Source of the DNA: an uncultured Duncaniella sp. | Lineage (GTDB): Bacteria; Bacteroidota; Bacteroidia; Bacteroidales; Muribaculaceae | Direction: 5' to 3' | NCBI GenBank assembly: GCA_958352885.1 | Contig: CATWQI010000004.1 | Span: forward strand, 112,179-176,178 | DNA length: 64,000 bases | Shown here: positions 26,194 to 36,896 of the stretch, piece after piece | Layout: every line of letters starts with the position of its first letter | How positions within the stretch are numbered: the first letter of the stretch is position 1 | Position numbers and translations under genes: made by a program | The notes under the pieces: generated by a model | What the model was told of the DNA's origin: nothing | Database searches by the model: none | Seen by the model: the letters and a program-made list of their open reading frames with translations, nothing else

Positions 26194-26982
26194 ATGATTA
26201 TGAAAAAGATAGTTTGCTATATATATATAATATGTGTGTGTGCTACTGCCTTCAGGGTATCGGCTCAGACAGAGCGTCCGAAAGGGATAGAAAAATCCAT
26301 TCTGCTCGGTCTTGAATATGAACTGAATGCCGGTCTTAATATCGGTGGAGCTTCGCCTATACCGCTTCCGGCTGAAATCCGTAAAATCAATGGATATGCT
26401 CCACGCCTCAACCTACAGCTGGGCGGTCAGGTGACCAAATGGATTGACCCACAGAAGAAGTGGGGCGTTTCAGTAGGTCTTCGATTCGAAACCAAGGGTA
26501 TGGAGACAAAAGCTACAGTGAAGAATTACGGTATGGAGATTTACCAGGACGGGAAGGTGCTTTCTGGCAAATGGACCGGCAAGGTGAAGACCAAGTACCA
26601 TACCCAGCAGCTTGTCATTCCGATACTGGCAGCATATAATATCAGCCCGCGATGGAAAGTAAGCCTCGGTCCGTACCTTGCGTATGCGTTCAGCAATGAC
26701 TTTGACGGTCATGTGTACGATGGCTATCTCCGGGAGGGTGACCCGACCGGCAATAAGGTTTCATTTAGTGGCGATTCGCGTGCAACATACGATTTTGGCG
26801 ATGACCTCCGTAAGTTCCAGTGGGGATTCCAGGGTGGAGCGTCATGGAAAGCTTTTAACCGTTTCAGCGTAAACGCTAACCTTGCATGGGGATGCAATGA
26901 TATTTTCAACAAGTCGTTCAAGACGGTGACATTCAACATGTATCCGATTTATCTCAACATCGGTTTCGGCTATCTGTTCTAA
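26194..26982 (+). CDS. Outer-membrane beta-barrel (porin-family/PorT-like) protein
   Basis: Signal peptide ending SAQ. Alternating-hydrophobic strands. C-terminal ...NIGFGYLF (terminal Phe). 15-nt gap from the upstream gene suggests co-transcription. Confidence 0.6.
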   Translation: MIMKKIVCYIYIICVCATAFRVSAQTERPKGIEKSILLGLEYELNAGLNIGGASPIPLPAEIRKINGYAPRLNLQLGGQVTKWIDPQKKWGVSVGLRFETKGMETKATVKNYGMEIYQDGKVLSGKWTGKVKTKYHTQQLVIPILAAYNISPRWKVSLGPYLAYAFSNDFDGHVYDGYLREGDPTGNKVSFSGDSRATYDFGDDLRKFQWGFQGGASWKAFNRFSVNANLAWGCNDIFNKSFKTVTFNMYPIYLNIGFGYLF

Positions 26983-27030
26983 GTCTAAGCGGCAGCAGCT
27001 TCGAATCGGTCGGAGGAATAGAGATTAGCC

Positions 27031-27081
27031 AAAATGCAAGCCGTCGCCCGAAACATTCATCAGGCGACGGCTTGCATTTTT
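27031..27081. terminator. Bidirectional intrinsic terminator (18-bp perfect stem)
   Basis: aaaatgcaagccgtcgcc / ggcgacggcttgcatttt with a 15-nt loop, between convergent genes. Confidence 0.6.
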
Positions 27082-27106
27082 GGTAAAGTCTTTGCGGTGG
27101 GCGGTG

Positions 27107-30100
27107 TCAGGATTGGATTTCCGGTTTTACCACCACACCTGTTCCTTTCAGCCCGTTTACACCGATGATTAGTGGCTGCCGGAAAGTTACGATGCGTACG
27201 TTGTCACTCTCGTATGTCGCGGGGAGTGAATTTAGGAACTCTACGTCGTACAAATCTGTCACGGGGTCAGCGGCATTACGCTTCGCATTAGTGTCGATTG
27301 TAAAGTATGACACACCGAACGATGTCAGGTTCTGGAAAAAGTGCGTACCCTGGCTTGGCTCAATTCTGTAATTTGGGAGCGAGGACTCTACAATGAGTTT
27401 TGCACCGGAGATAGCAGGCCATTTCACAGGGATGCCGAGTGACGTGTCTGACGAACCCCATCGACCGGGACCTATGAGCAGGTACTTTTCATCGTCCTCG
27501 ATGAATTTGCGGTTGATTTTTTCAATCTCGCGTGCTATCAGGGAGTTGTTGGATGACGAGAACTTCTCGGGGCGTACATACACCACTGTGCTTACCCCCT
27601 CGATGTTGCCATGTCCGAGCGCTGTGGACGATTTGAGCAGCAGATGCTCGTCGGGAGTAGCCATCACAGCTTCGTCTACTGTTTCCTTGCGGTCCACTAT
27701 CGGGCGGATTTGCAGCCAATAGAGTCTGCCTTTGCTGTCGGCTGTCTTGTCAATCATTCCTGCGAACTCTATTTCGACCGGACGTTGCATTTCTTTCTGC
27801 CCGGTGGTGAGCATGAAGTCAAGTGCGTTTGAAAGCGGAAACACATTGTGCTTGAGTACATTGTTGAAAGTAACCACTTTGCGTCCATCGCCCATGTCAT
27901 TGTCGCGGAGCACATTGTCGCGGAAATCATAGCTTGACACCATGTATTTCAGGGCCCCCATGTCAGCAAGGTCCTGTACTCTGAGCTTGGAGATGTTATA
28001 GCCGTCGTCGACTTTCAGATGAGCCAGTGACGGCATCGGTACGGATATTTTTTGCCCGCTTAGAGAGTGGTCGCGCTCGTCGCCTTTCATGTCAAGGGCG
28101 TACATGCGTGTCTGTGTGTCTCGAAGCGCAAGTGAAAGCTCGGAGGTCTGAAGCACGTTGTCGGGATGGCGCGGGGAAAATCGCAGCCCTACTCCGCCGT
28201 CAACGATGTATTTCCCGAGTCCGACGGCGATTTCCGCCACTCCGTCTTCGGGTTTCTCGTCATTGAGAGGATAGTAGTTCAGCGAGCGTCCCACACCTGA
28301 AAAACTCGGGAAGTAATAGCCGTCCACATCCTTGCCCACCACCTCCTGGAGTATGACTGCCATTTTCTCCTGGTCAATCACATTGGATGTCGCAGTCATG
28401 TAAGCCTTGGAGTCTGAATAGAATACTGATGCGTAAACTCCCTTTATGGCGTCGACAAGCACTTTCAGCATTTTCTCCGAATCTGTGAATTTGGGCACCA
28501 TATATGTGGAATATATACCGGCGAACGGCTGATAGTGTGAGTCCTCCAGCAAGCTTGAGCTGCGTACCGCAATCGGAGTGTCGACCACTTCGAGCAGGGC
28601 AAGCAGGTCGTCCTTGATGCGCTGGGGGAGTTTCCCTTTCAGGAAGTGCTGCAATATTTCATCGTCGCTTGCGTCACTTAAGGCGATGGGGTAGAGCTGG
28701 TTCATTTCCATGAACTCATCGAATATGTCGGTGCAGAGCACCACGGTGCGAGGGATGGAGATGGTTATACCGTCGAAATTATCGCATACTGGGTTCTTTT
28801 TTATTATGGAGTCAATGAATGCCAGGCCTCTGCCTTTGCCGCCAAGCGACCCCTGTCCGATGCGGGCGAAATTGGAGTAGTGGTCGAATCTGTCCTTCCT
28901 GAACACAGCTACAACACCGCGGTTTTTCATCTTGCGGTACTTCACTATCAGGTCGAAGAACAGTTTGCGTACCTGAGGGGCATCCTTGAGGTCTCGGAAT
29001 CGGTGGTGTTTTATCACCTCGGCTATAGGGAACATGGCCCGTGAGTAGAACCAGCGGGATATGTCGTTGAAGGAGGCATGCCAGTAAAGCGACTCGGCTG
29101 GTATGTCGAATATGTATTTCTGCATATCCTTGAGCGACTTTATGCGGTAAATTTCCTCCCCTGTTTCCGGATTCCGAATCACGAAATCCCCGAAACCGAA
29201 GTTGTTGATGATTGCTTTTCCGAGGTCGACAGGAAATTTCTTGGAATTCTTGTCTATGAAAGTGCCTCCGAGCTCACGCACGTCATGGGCGTTCTCATTC
29301 TCCGACGACTCGATAATCATAGGTAAATACGGGTCGCGTTTACGCAATTCGCGTGCAAGGCGTATGCCTGCCTTAGGGTCTTTTTTTCCCTCGCGCACGA
29401 ATGACACGTCGCTGATTACTCCGAGTATGTGCTCGCTGTACTTGTCGTAAAGCTGCAAGGCTTCCTCATAGTCGCGCGCAAGCATTACTTTGGGTCTGCC
29501 TCGCATTCGCAGCATCTGTTCATGCTCGTTCAGGGCCTCGGTGGAGAACTCGCGTGATTGCTTAAGTATGAACTTGTAGACAATGGGAAGCACAGAGGAG
29601 TAGAATCTCACCGAATCCTCCACAAGCAGAATCATCTGCACTCCGACATTATTGATATCATTGTCGGCATTCATCTTATCCTCAAGCAATTTGATTATTG
29701 CAAGCAGGAGGTCGACATTGCCGAGCCATGAGAACACATAATCTATCCCGGAGAAATCCTCGTTGGACAGTCGGCGGGACACTTCCTTGGAGAATGGGGT
29801 CAGCACGATGATTGGCAGCTCCGGATAAGTATCCTTGATGCGGCGTGCGCCTGTGAACGTCTCGCTGATGTCGTTGCCCGGCATCATTATCACAAGGTCG
29901 AAACTTTTGTGTTGTAAAAGCTCAAGTGCCTCCTCGGAGTTTAGAGCCCTTGTCACGCGTGGGGGAGAGGACAGGTTGAGGGATGTATACTCAAAATACA
30001 ATTGTTCCTCCACGCGTCCGTCCTCTTCCATCATAAAGGCATCGTAGGTGGAGGCAATGAGTAGCACATTAAATATGCGGCGTTGCATAAGGTTCTGAAA

Positions 30101-30145
30101 CGCCGTGTCTTTAAAGTATAATTGGCTTAATGCGTCGTCGTTCAT
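27107..30145 (-). CDS. PEP/pyruvate-binding (PPDK_N-like ATP-grasp) domain protein with two N-terminal response-regulator receiver-like domains; no His swivel domain
   Basis: Receiver-like segments (FDLVIMMPG; QMILLVEDSVRF...GVISDVSF). PPDK_N-like motifs GGKGRGLAFI and VAVRSSSLLEDSHYQPFAGIYSTYM. Start set to ATG 30145, placing it 36 nt downstream of a -7 box; the ORF-track extension begins with TTG. Confidence 0.65.
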   Translation of the reverse strand: MNDDALSQLYFKDTAFQNLMQRRIFNVLLIASTYDAFMMEEDGRVEEQLYFEYTSLNLSSPPRVTRALNSEEALELLQHKSFDLVIMMPGNDISETFTGARRIKDTYPELPIIVLTPFSKEVSRRLSNEDFSGIDYVFSWLGNVDLLLAIIKLLEDKMNADNDINNVGVQMILLVEDSVRFYSSVLPIVYKFILKQSREFSTEALNEHEQMLRMRGRPKVMLARDYEEALQLYDKYSEHILGVISDVSFVREGKKDPKAGIRLARELRKRDPYLPMIIESSENENAHDVRELGGTFIDKNSKKFPVDLGKAIINNFGFGDFVIRNPETGEEIYRIKSLKDMQKYIFDIPAESLYWHASFNDISRWFYSRAMFPIAEVIKHHRFRDLKDAPQVRKLFFDLIVKYRKMKNRGVVAVFRKDRFDHYSNFARIGQGSLGGKGRGLAFIDSIIKKNPVCDNFDGITISIPRTVVLCTDIFDEFMEMNQLYPIALSDASDDEILQHFLKGKLPQRIKDDLLALLEVVDTPIAVRSSSLLEDSHYQPFAGIYSTYMVPKFTDSEKMLKVLVDAIKGVYASVFYSDSKAYMTATSNVIDQEKMAVILQEVVGKDVDGYYFPSFSGVGRSLNYYPLNDEKPEDGVAEIAVGLGKYIVDGGVGLRFSPRHPDNVLQTSELSLALRDTQTRMYALDMKGDERDHSLSGQKISVPMPSLAHLKVDDGYNISKLRVQDLADMGALKYMVSSYDFRDNVLRDNDMGDGRKVVTFNNVLKHNVFPLSNALDFMLTTGQKEMQRPVEIEFAGMIDKTADSKGRLYWLQIRPIVDRKETVDEAVMATPDEHLLLKSSTALGHGNIEGVSTVVYVRPEKFSSSNNSLIAREIEKINRKFIEDDEKYLLIGPGRWGSSDTSLGIPVKWPAISGAKLIVESSLPNYRIEPSQGTHFFQNLTSFGVSYFTIDTNAKRNAADPVTDLYDVEFLNSLPATYESDNVRIVTFRQPLIIGVNGLKGTGVVVKPEIQS

Positions 30146-30181
30146 AAGTGGATGCGGTCTGTGTGATGATATTATATAGCG

Positions 30182-30189
30182 CAAATGTA
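30182..30189 (-). promoter_or_regulatory. -7 promoter box TAcaTTTG (minus strand)
   Basis: Plus strand caaatgta. Supports the ATG 30145 start of the PEP-binding protein. Confidence 0.35.
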
Positions 30190-30356
30190 CATAAAAATCA
30201 GGAATAATCATTCCTGTGAACAAAATGAATGTGAATAATTGTCCCGTATAATTATTATGTGTGGTGTTTCAGTATAATTTTATGGCTAAATGGCGTGATT
30301 TGAAAAATATTTTAAATTTTTGTTGGTTTTTTAATTGTATTTGTGGCAAAATGCTT

Positions 30357-30364
30357 ACCTTTGC
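30357..30364 (+). promoter_or_regulatory. -7 promoter box TAccTTTG upstream of dapF
   Basis: Exact motif 77 nt upstream of ATG 30441. Confidence 0.4.
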
Positions 30365-30440
30365 AAATATTTTAAGTTCGGTTAACAAATCCAATGCGGA
30401 TTTTTAATCAAAACAGGTACAAAAAATAACAGGTATAAAA

Positions 30441-31319
30441 ATGCCAGCGAAAGTCATAAATAATAGTGACGGAATTCGTTTTACGAAGATGCACGGTATA
30501 GGCAATGATTACATCTACATTAATTGCCTTGGTAAAATGCCCTCCGACCTGCCGGCCCTGGCAGTGGAAATGAGTGACCGGCATTTCGGCGTGGGCGGCG
30601 ACGGTATAGTCCTGATTTGCCACTCGGACAAGGCTGACTTCAAAATGAGGATGTTCAACAGCGACGGCTCTGAAGCCCGCATGTGTGGCAACGCCTCCCG
30701 TTGCATAGCCCGCTACCTCCACGACAATCACCTTACCTCAAAAAATGTCATAAACCTTGAAACCCTCTCGGGTATCAAGGTTTTGTCGCTTAATTTGGCA
30801 GGGGATGATGAAGTGGAATCGGTAACTGTCGACATGGGTGAACCCATACTCAGCCCGGCGGAAATACCCGCTGATTATCCGGGTGAGTCAATGGTGGAGC
30901 AGGTAGTGCGCACGTCCCAGGGCGATGTCAGAGTAACGGCTGTATCCATGGGGAATCCGCATGGAGTAATATTTGTCGACCGGTTGGAAGATGTGCCGTT
31001 TGACACTCTCGGTCCGGAACTCGAACGTCACCCCATCTGGCCTGACCGGGCTAATATAGAGTTTGTCGAGGTGGTCAGTCCGACAGAGGTAAGGATGCGA
31101 GTATGGGAACGCGGCACAGGTGAGACCCTCGCATGCGGTACAGGAGCGTGTGCCACAGCCGTGGCTGCCTCGCTGACCGGGCGTACCGGTCGTGACATCA
31201 CTGTGCATCTCCGTGGCGGTGACCTGAATGTCCGCTGGGGTGATGACAACCATGTCTATATGACGGGTGGCGCTACCAAAGTATTTGACGGTGTGTATAT
31301 AAGAAATAGCAAAGAATAA
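30441..31319 (+). CDS. dapF: Diaminopimelate epimerase
   Basis: [14 protein letters not shown]; [21 protein letters not shown]; [11 protein letters not shown]. These include both catalytic-Cys motifs. Confidence 0.9.
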   Translation: MPAKVINNSDGIRFTKMHGIGNDYIYINCLGKMPSDLPALAVEMSDRHFGVGGDGIVLICHSDKADFKMRMFNSDGSEARMCGNASRCIARYLHDNHLTSKNVINLETLSGIKVLSLNLAGDDEVESVTVDMGEPILSPAEIPADYPGESMVEQVVRTSQGDVRVTAVSMGNPHGVIFVDRLEDVPFDTLGPELERHPIWPDRANIEFVEVVSPTEVRMRVWERGTGETLACGTGACATAVAASLTGRTGRDITVHLRGGDLNVRWGDDNHVYMTGGATKVFDGVYIRNSKE

Positions 31320-31336
31320 TAAATGTCTGTTGAAAT

Positions 31337-32557
31337 ATGTTCAGAATAAACGATAATTTTACCAAGCTTCCGGCATCCTATCTCTTCAGCGAGGTGGCTC
31401 GCAGGGTAGCTGCATATCAGGAATCGCATCCCGGTGTTGAGGTAATACGCATGGGGATAGGTGACGTGACCATGCCGCTGTGCCGTTGTGTAGTCGACGC
31501 TCTGCATAAGGCTGTTGATGACGAGGCGCACGGTGAAACATTCCATGGGTACGGACCGGAGCAAGGCTACAGTTTCCTTGCCGAAAAGATAGCGGAGTAT
31601 GACTATCGGCGTCGTGGAATTGATATTGAACCGGACGAAATTTTTATAAGTGACGGCGCAAAAAGCGATACCGGCAATATAGGTGACATACTCGCCGTTA
31701 CAAACAAAGTGGCTGTGACTGATCCGGTCTATCCCGTATATATCGACACAAATGTCATGGGGGGCAGAGGTGGCGAGCTGTTGGAAAACGGGCAGTGGAG
31801 CGATATCGAATACCTTCCATGCACTTCATCCAATGGCTTTGTGCCGGCGCTTCCGGCGGAGGCTCCAGATGTGATTTATCTCTGTTATCCCAATAATCCG
31901 ACAGGTACTACTCTGACCCGTGACGAACTGAAGAAATGGGTGGATTATTGTCGTACATACGGCTCGTTGCTCCTTTTCGATGCTGCATATGAGGCATATA
32001 TACGTGAGGATGATGTGCCGCATTCCATCTATGAGATTGAAGGCGCAAAAGAGGTCGCGATTGAGTTCCGCAGCTATTCCAAGACTGCTGGATTCACAGG
32101 CATACGTCTCGGTTACACCGTGGTTCCAAAGTCTCTCTACGGCAGGGACAGCGAAGGCGACGAAGTGGCACTCAATGCCCTTTGGCGCCGCCGTCAGACC
32201 ACAAAGTTCAATGGTGCGAGCTATCTCACACAGCGTGGAGCGGAGGCTCTTTATACCGAAGAGGGACAGCGCCAGGTGCGTGAGACCATCGACTATTATC
32301 TTGAGAATGCCCGCATATTGCGCGAAGGTCTTATGCAGGCAGGCTACGAAGTGGCTGGCGGTGTGAATTCTCCGTATATCTGGTTAAAGACTCCGGGCGA
32401 GATGACTTCATGGGAGTTTTTCGACTACCTGCTTGACCGTTACCACATAGTCGGCACCCCCGGTAGCGGGTTCGGTCCGTCGGGCGAAGGATATTTCCGT
32501 CTCACGGCATTCAACACCCGTGAAAATATTGTGAAGGCCATCAAGCGCCTGTGCTGA
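31337..32557 (+). CDS. dapL: LL-diaminopimelate aminotransferase
   Basis: N-terminus [20 protein letters not shown] is typical of DapL. PLP aminotransferase class I fold with a [10 protein letters not shown] lysine region. 406 aa. Confidence 0.85.
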   Translation: MFRINDNFTKLPASYLFSEVARRVAAYQESHPGVEVIRMGIGDVTMPLCRCVVDALHKAVDDEAHGETFHGYGPEQGYSFLAEKIAEYDYRRRGIDIEPDEIFISDGAKSDTGNIGDILAVTNKVAVTDPVYPVYIDTNVMGGRGGELLENGQWSDIEYLPCTSSNGFVPALPAEAPDVIYLCYPNNPTGTTLTRDELKKWVDYCRTYGSLLLFDAAYEAYIREDDVPHSIYEIEGAKEVAIEFRSYSKTAGFTGIRLGYTVVPKSLYGRDSEGDEVALNALWRRRQTTKFNGASYLTQRGAEALYTEEGQRQVRETIDYYLENARILREGLMQAGYEVAGGVNSPYIWLKTPGEMTSWEFFDYLLDRYHIVGTPGSGFGPSGEGYFRLTAFNTRENIVKAIKRLC

Positions 32558-32630
32558 TGCCGGCTCTATCAAGATTATTCAGATTTAAAGTAACCACATC
32601 TATATTTATATTCATTTAACTTACAAGCTT

Positions 32631-34820
32631 ATGTCAAGTTACAGATTCAAAGTTGTTGAAGAGGCTTCCAACCGTAAGGCAGTGCCCGTTGAGATTCCCA
32701 AGGAACGTCCCACCGAGTACTATGGCTGTAAAGTGTTCAACCGTGGCAAGATGTTCAAATATCTGCCCATCGACACCTATAAGGCTCTCATCAACGCTAT
32801 TGACAACAAGGAGCCGCTGTCACGCAAGGTGGCGGACAGCGTGGCTGAGGGTATGAAACAATGGGCAATCGACAATGGTGCGCGCCATTATACCCACTGG
32901 TTCCAGCCCCTGACCGAAACCACAGCTGAGAAACATGACGGCTTTGTGGAGCATGACGGCAAAGGAGGAATGGTTGAGGAATTCAGCGGCAAACTCCTCG
33001 TGCAGCAGGAACCCGACGCTTCAAGCTTCCCGAATGGCGGTATCCGTAACACATTTGAGGCTCGCGGTTACTCTGCCTGGGATATCTCATCGCCGGCATT
33101 CATAATTGACAATACACTTTGTATCCCGACAATATTTATTTCGTACACTGGAGAGTCGCTTGACTATAAAACTCCTCTTCTGCGTGCTCTCTCTGCGGTA
33201 GACAAGGCTGGAACTTCGGTAGCGCAGCTCTTTGACCCGAATGTGAAACATGTGGTCTCGAATCTCGGATGGGAACAGGAATACTTCCTGGTCGACGAGG
33301 CTCTTTATGCTGCACGTCCGGACCTCGTGATGACCGGGCGTACGCTGATGGGACACGAGTCAGCTAAGAACCAGCAGCTTGAAGATCACTACTTCGGTGC
33401 TATCCCCTCGCGTGTGGAAGCCTTCATGCTTGACCTCGAAATCGAGGCGCATAAGCTCGGCATACCTGTCAAGACACGCCATAACGAGGTTGCACCCAAT
33501 CAGTTCGAGCTTGCTCCTATCTATGAGGAAACAAACCTTGCCAACGACCACAACATGCTTATCATGTCTGTGATGGCAGAGGTGGCCCGCCGCCACAATT
33601 TCCGTGTGCTGCTTCATGAGAAACCCTTCGCCGGCATAAACGGTTCCGGCAAGCATTGCAACTGGTCACTTGGTACTGACACAGGCACACTGCTGTTTGC
33701 TCCCGGCAAGACACCCAAGGACAATCTTCAGTTTATCACATTCGTAGCTAACGTGATGGCTGCCGTTCACCGTCACAACGGACTTCTCAAAGCCTCCATC
33801 ATGTCTGCCACAAACTGTCACCGTCTCGGTGCCAATGAGGCGCCACCTGCCATCATTTCAATCTTTACCGGAAGCCAGCTCACAGAAATCCTTAACAAGA
33901 TAAAGAATTCGGACAAGGACGAGTTAATAGCTCTCGCAGGCAAGGAGGAACTTAACCTTGGTGTGGCTCAGATTCCTGAAATCATGCTTGACAACACTGA
34001 CCGTAACCGTACCTCGCCGTTTGCCTTCACCGGCAACCGCTTCGAGTTCCGTGCCGTTGGCTCAAGTGCCAACTGTGCGTCAGCCATGATTGCGCTCAAC
34101 GCCGCTGTCGCAGAACAGCTTTCGGATTTCCGTAAGAAGATTGACTCGCGCCTTGCCGACGGCGAGGACTTACACCATGCGCTCCTTGCCGAAATCAAAG
34201 CTCTGCTTCTTTACTCTGAGGCTATACATTTCGACGGCAACGGTTATTCCGACGAATGGAAGGAGGAAGCAAGCCGCCGTGGCCTTGATTGCGAGACAAA
34301 TCCCGCTCTTATTTTCGACGCATACCTCCGTCCGTCATCTATCGAGATGTTCAGCAAGACCGGCGTGATGAACCATGTCGAACTTGAGGCCCGCAATGAA
34401 GTCAAGTGGGAAATGTATACAAAGAAGATTCAGATAGAGGCTCGTGTTCTCGGAGACCTTGCCATTAATCATATCGTGCCTGTGGCAACACGCTACCTCT
34501 CTATCCTCCTTGACAACATGGTGAAAATCCGTGAGCTCTTCCCCGGTAACAAGGGTGTGGAACTCTCTGCGCAGGATGCCGTGACTGTCGAGAAAATCAT
34601 GCGCCACTGCACCATCATCAAGGAAGAGGTGGCAAAGATGGTCAATGCTCGCAAGGAAGCAAACAAGATCGATTCCGAGCGTGACAAGGCTCTTGCTTAC
34701 TCTCGCAACGTAGCTCCGTGTCTTGAGACGATACGTTACCATATCGACAAGCTCGAACTTATGGTTGACAACGAGATGTGGCCTCTCCCCAAATATCGTG
34801 AACTCCTCTTTATCCGCTGA
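32631..34820 (+). CDS. glnN: Glutamine synthetase type III
   Basis: 729 aa. N-terminus MSSYRFKVVEE...EYYGCKVFN...KYLPIDTYKAL matches the GSIII pattern, plus a catalytic-domain core. Confidence 0.9.
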   Translation: MSSYRFKVVEEASNRKAVPVEIPKERPTEYYGCKVFNRGKMFKYLPIDTYKALINAIDNKEPLSRKVADSVAEGMKQWAIDNGARHYTHWFQPLTETTAEKHDGFVEHDGKGGMVEEFSGKLLVQQEPDASSFPNGGIRNTFEARGYSAWDISSPAFIIDNTLCIPTIFISYTGESLDYKTPLLRALSAVDKAGTSVAQLFDPNVKHVVSNLGWEQEYFLVDEALYAARPDLVMTGRTLMGHESAKNQQLEDHYFGAIPSRVEAFMLDLEIEAHKLGIPVKTRHNEVAPNQFELAPIYEETNLANDHNMLIMSVMAEVARRHNFRVLLHEKPFAGINGSGKHCNWSLGTDTGTLLFAPGKTPKDNLQFITFVANVMAAVHRHNGLLKASIMSATNCHRLGANEAPPAIISIFTGSQLTEILNKIKNSDKDELIALAGKEELNLGVAQIPEIMLDNTDRNRTSPFAFTGNRFEFRAVGSSANCASAMIALNAAVAEQLSDFRKKIDSRLADGEDLHHALLAEIKALLLYSEAIHFDGNGYSDEWKEEASRRGLDCETNPALIFDAYLRPSSIEMFSKTGVMNHVELEARNEVKWEMYTKKIQIEARVLGDLAINHIVPVATRYLSILLDNMVKIRELFPGNKGVELSAQDAVTVEKIMRHCTIIKEEVAKMVNARKEANKIDSERDKALAYSRNVAPCLETIRYHIDKLELMVDNEMWPLPKYRELLFIR

Positions 34821-34882
34821 TATGCCGATCAATTGCATTCGGTATATACTGAGGATGAACCGGCTTGAAAAATGATTCTATG

Positions 34883-34919
34883 GCATCTGTCCTAAATCAG
34901 GACAGATGCTGTTTTTTTT
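34883..34919 (+). terminator. Intrinsic terminator after glnN
   Basis: 11-bp stem gcatctgtcct/aggacagatgc with a 5-nt loop, followed by T8. Confidence 0.7.
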
Positions 34920-34955
34920 GTCAGAATGACGGTGTGTCGCTCTGAAAAATTTTTG

Positions 34956-34963
34956 TACCTTTG
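34956..34963 (+). promoter_or_regulatory. -7 promoter box TAccTTTG upstream of the PurF-like gene
   Basis: Exact motif 44 nt upstream of ATG 35007. It lies inside the ORF-track 5' extension, which is therefore rejected. Confidence 0.45.
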
Positions 34964-35006
34964 CATATATAAAACCAAGTCAAAATTTATCACATCAAAT
35001 AGTCCG

Positions 35007-36896
35007 ATGGAGATATTGAAGCATGAGTGTGGAGTGGCAATGGTTAGATTGCTGAAACCACTTGAGTATTATAAGAAGAAGTATGGGACTTATGCTTATG
35101 GCATAAACAAACTTTATCTCCTGATGGAGAAGCAGCACAACCGTGGGCAGGAAGGAGCCGGTGTCGGGGTTGTGAAGATGCACACCCTTCCCGGTAACGA
35201 ATATGTGTTCCGTGAAAGGGCTCTCGGCAAAGATGCGATTCAGGAGATATTCGGGACCATCCGTGACAAAGTGGAAGCGGCTCATCTCGCTGAGCATGAC
35301 TCCGAATGGATAGAACGTTACGCTCCTTTCCTCGGTGAAATATACATGGGGCATCTGCGCTATTCCACCACAGGTAAAAGCGGTCTGTCATACTGCCATC
35401 CGTTCCTGCGCCGTAACAACTGGCGCTCACGTAATCTGCTGATGTGCGGCAACTTCAATATGACTAATGTCGACTCCATATTTGAGGAAGTGGCTGCCTG
35501 CGGGCAGCATCCGAGGATATACAGTGACACCGTTGTGCTGCTTGAGCAACTTGGCGATGCGCTTGACAAGGAGAATCATAGGATTTACCGTCAGTATCGT
35601 GACACCATGGAGGGGGCGAGACTGGCATGTCAGATTGAGGATTCTCTTGATGTGCGTCGTGTGCTTTCAGCAAAGGCTCCATCGTGGGACGGCGGCTTTG
35701 TCATCTGCGGTGCTACCGGCTCGGGCGATATGTTCGCGCTGCGTGACCGTCACGGCATCCGTCCTGCGTTCTATTATCATGATGACGAGATTGTGGTGCT
35801 TGCGTCGGAGCGTCCGGTTATTCAGACCACATTCAATATCCCCCGTCGTGACATAAAGGAGCTCCGTCCCGGAAGTGCCCTTGTAGTGACAAAATCTGGC
35901 AATATTAGTGTTGATGATATCCTCGGCGAGGGCGATAACCAGCGGTGCTCTTTCGAGCGCATCTATTTCTCCCGAGGTAGTGATGCGGATATTTACAAGG
36001 AGCGCAAGCAGCTCGGGTGTAACGTGGTGCCTGCCATCATGAAGAGCATCGGCAACGACTTCGAACATTCGGTGTTCTCATTCATACCTAATACCGCCGA
36101 AGTGGCATTCATAGGCATGTGTACTCAGCTTGAGCGCGAGCTCAACAAGGTGAAAGAATCCCGCATAATGGAAGCGCAGAGGGAAGGGGTGCTTACTCCG
36201 GAACGCCTTTCTGAGATTATGAAGCAGAATCTCCGCATAGAGAAGGTCGCTATCAAGGATATAAAGCTTCGTACATTCATAGCTGAGGGTGAATCCCGTA
36301 ATGACCTCGCTGCGCATGTCTACGACGTGACATATGGAATCATAGAGAACAATGTAGACAATGTGGTGGTGATTGACGACAGTATTGTCCGTGGCACTAC
36401 TCTGAAGCAGTCTATACTCCGTATGCTTGACCGCCTGCATCCCAAAAAGATTGTTGTCGTGTCTTCGTCACCTCAGGTGCGCTATCCGGATTACTATGGA
36501 ATAGACATGTCGCGTATGGGTGAGTTCATCGCATTCCGGGCGGCAGTGGAATTGCTTAAGGACAGAGGCATGGACTATGTGCTTGACGAGACATATAAGA
36601 AATGTCTTGCTCAGGAGAAACTACTAGATTTCGAGATGACAAACTGTGTCAAGGCGATATATGCACCTTTCACCCAGGATGAGATTTCACGCAAGATTGT
36701 GGATATGCTCACGGCAGACGGATCCATAAACGCTGAGGTCGAGCTTGTGTACCAGACTTTGGAAGGACAGCGTGACGCTATTCCGACATGTCCCGGTGAC
36801 TGGTATTTCTCCGGCAATTATCCTACTCCAGGCGGTGTCCGGCTTGTCAACAAGGCGTATATCAATTATTACGAAGGAAACACAGAAAAACGATGA
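35007..36896 (+). CDS. Class II glutamine amidotransferase / PRTase protein, long PurF-like paralog
   Basis: Ntn-hydrolase N-terminus M-ECGVAMV (Cys nucleophile after Met). C-terminal type I PRTase motif VVVIDDSIVRGTTLKQ. About 630 aa from the 35007 start. Confidence 0.8.
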   Translation: MEILKHECGVAMVRLLKPLEYYKKKYGTYAYGINKLYLLMEKQHNRGQEGAGVGVVKMHTLPGNEYVFRERALGKDAIQEIFGTIRDKVEAAHLAEHDSEWIERYAPFLGEIYMGHLRYSTTGKSGLSYCHPFLRRNNWRSRNLLMCGNFNMTNVDSIFEEVAACGQHPRIYSDTVVLLEQLGDALDKENHRIYRQYRDTMEGARLACQIEDSLDVRRVLSAKAPSWDGGFVICGATGSGDMFALRDRHGIRPAFYYHDDEIVVLASERPVIQTTFNIPRRDIKELRPGSALVVTKSGNISVDDILGEGDNQRCSFERIYFSRGSDADIYKERKQLGCNVVPAIMKSIGNDFEHSVFSFIPNTAEVAFIGMCTQLERELNKVKESRIMEAQREGVLTPERLSEIMKQNLRIEKVAIKDIKLRTFIAEGESRNDLAAHVYDVTYGIIENNVDNVVVIDDSIVRGTTLKQSILRMLDRLHPKKIVVVSSSPQVRYPDYYGIDMSRMGEFIAFRAAVELLKDRGMDYVLDETYKKCLAQEKLLDFEMTNCVKAIYAPFTQDEISRKIVDMLTADGSINAEVELVYQTLEGQRDAIPTCPGDWYFSGNYPTPGGVRLVNKAYINYYEGNTEKR

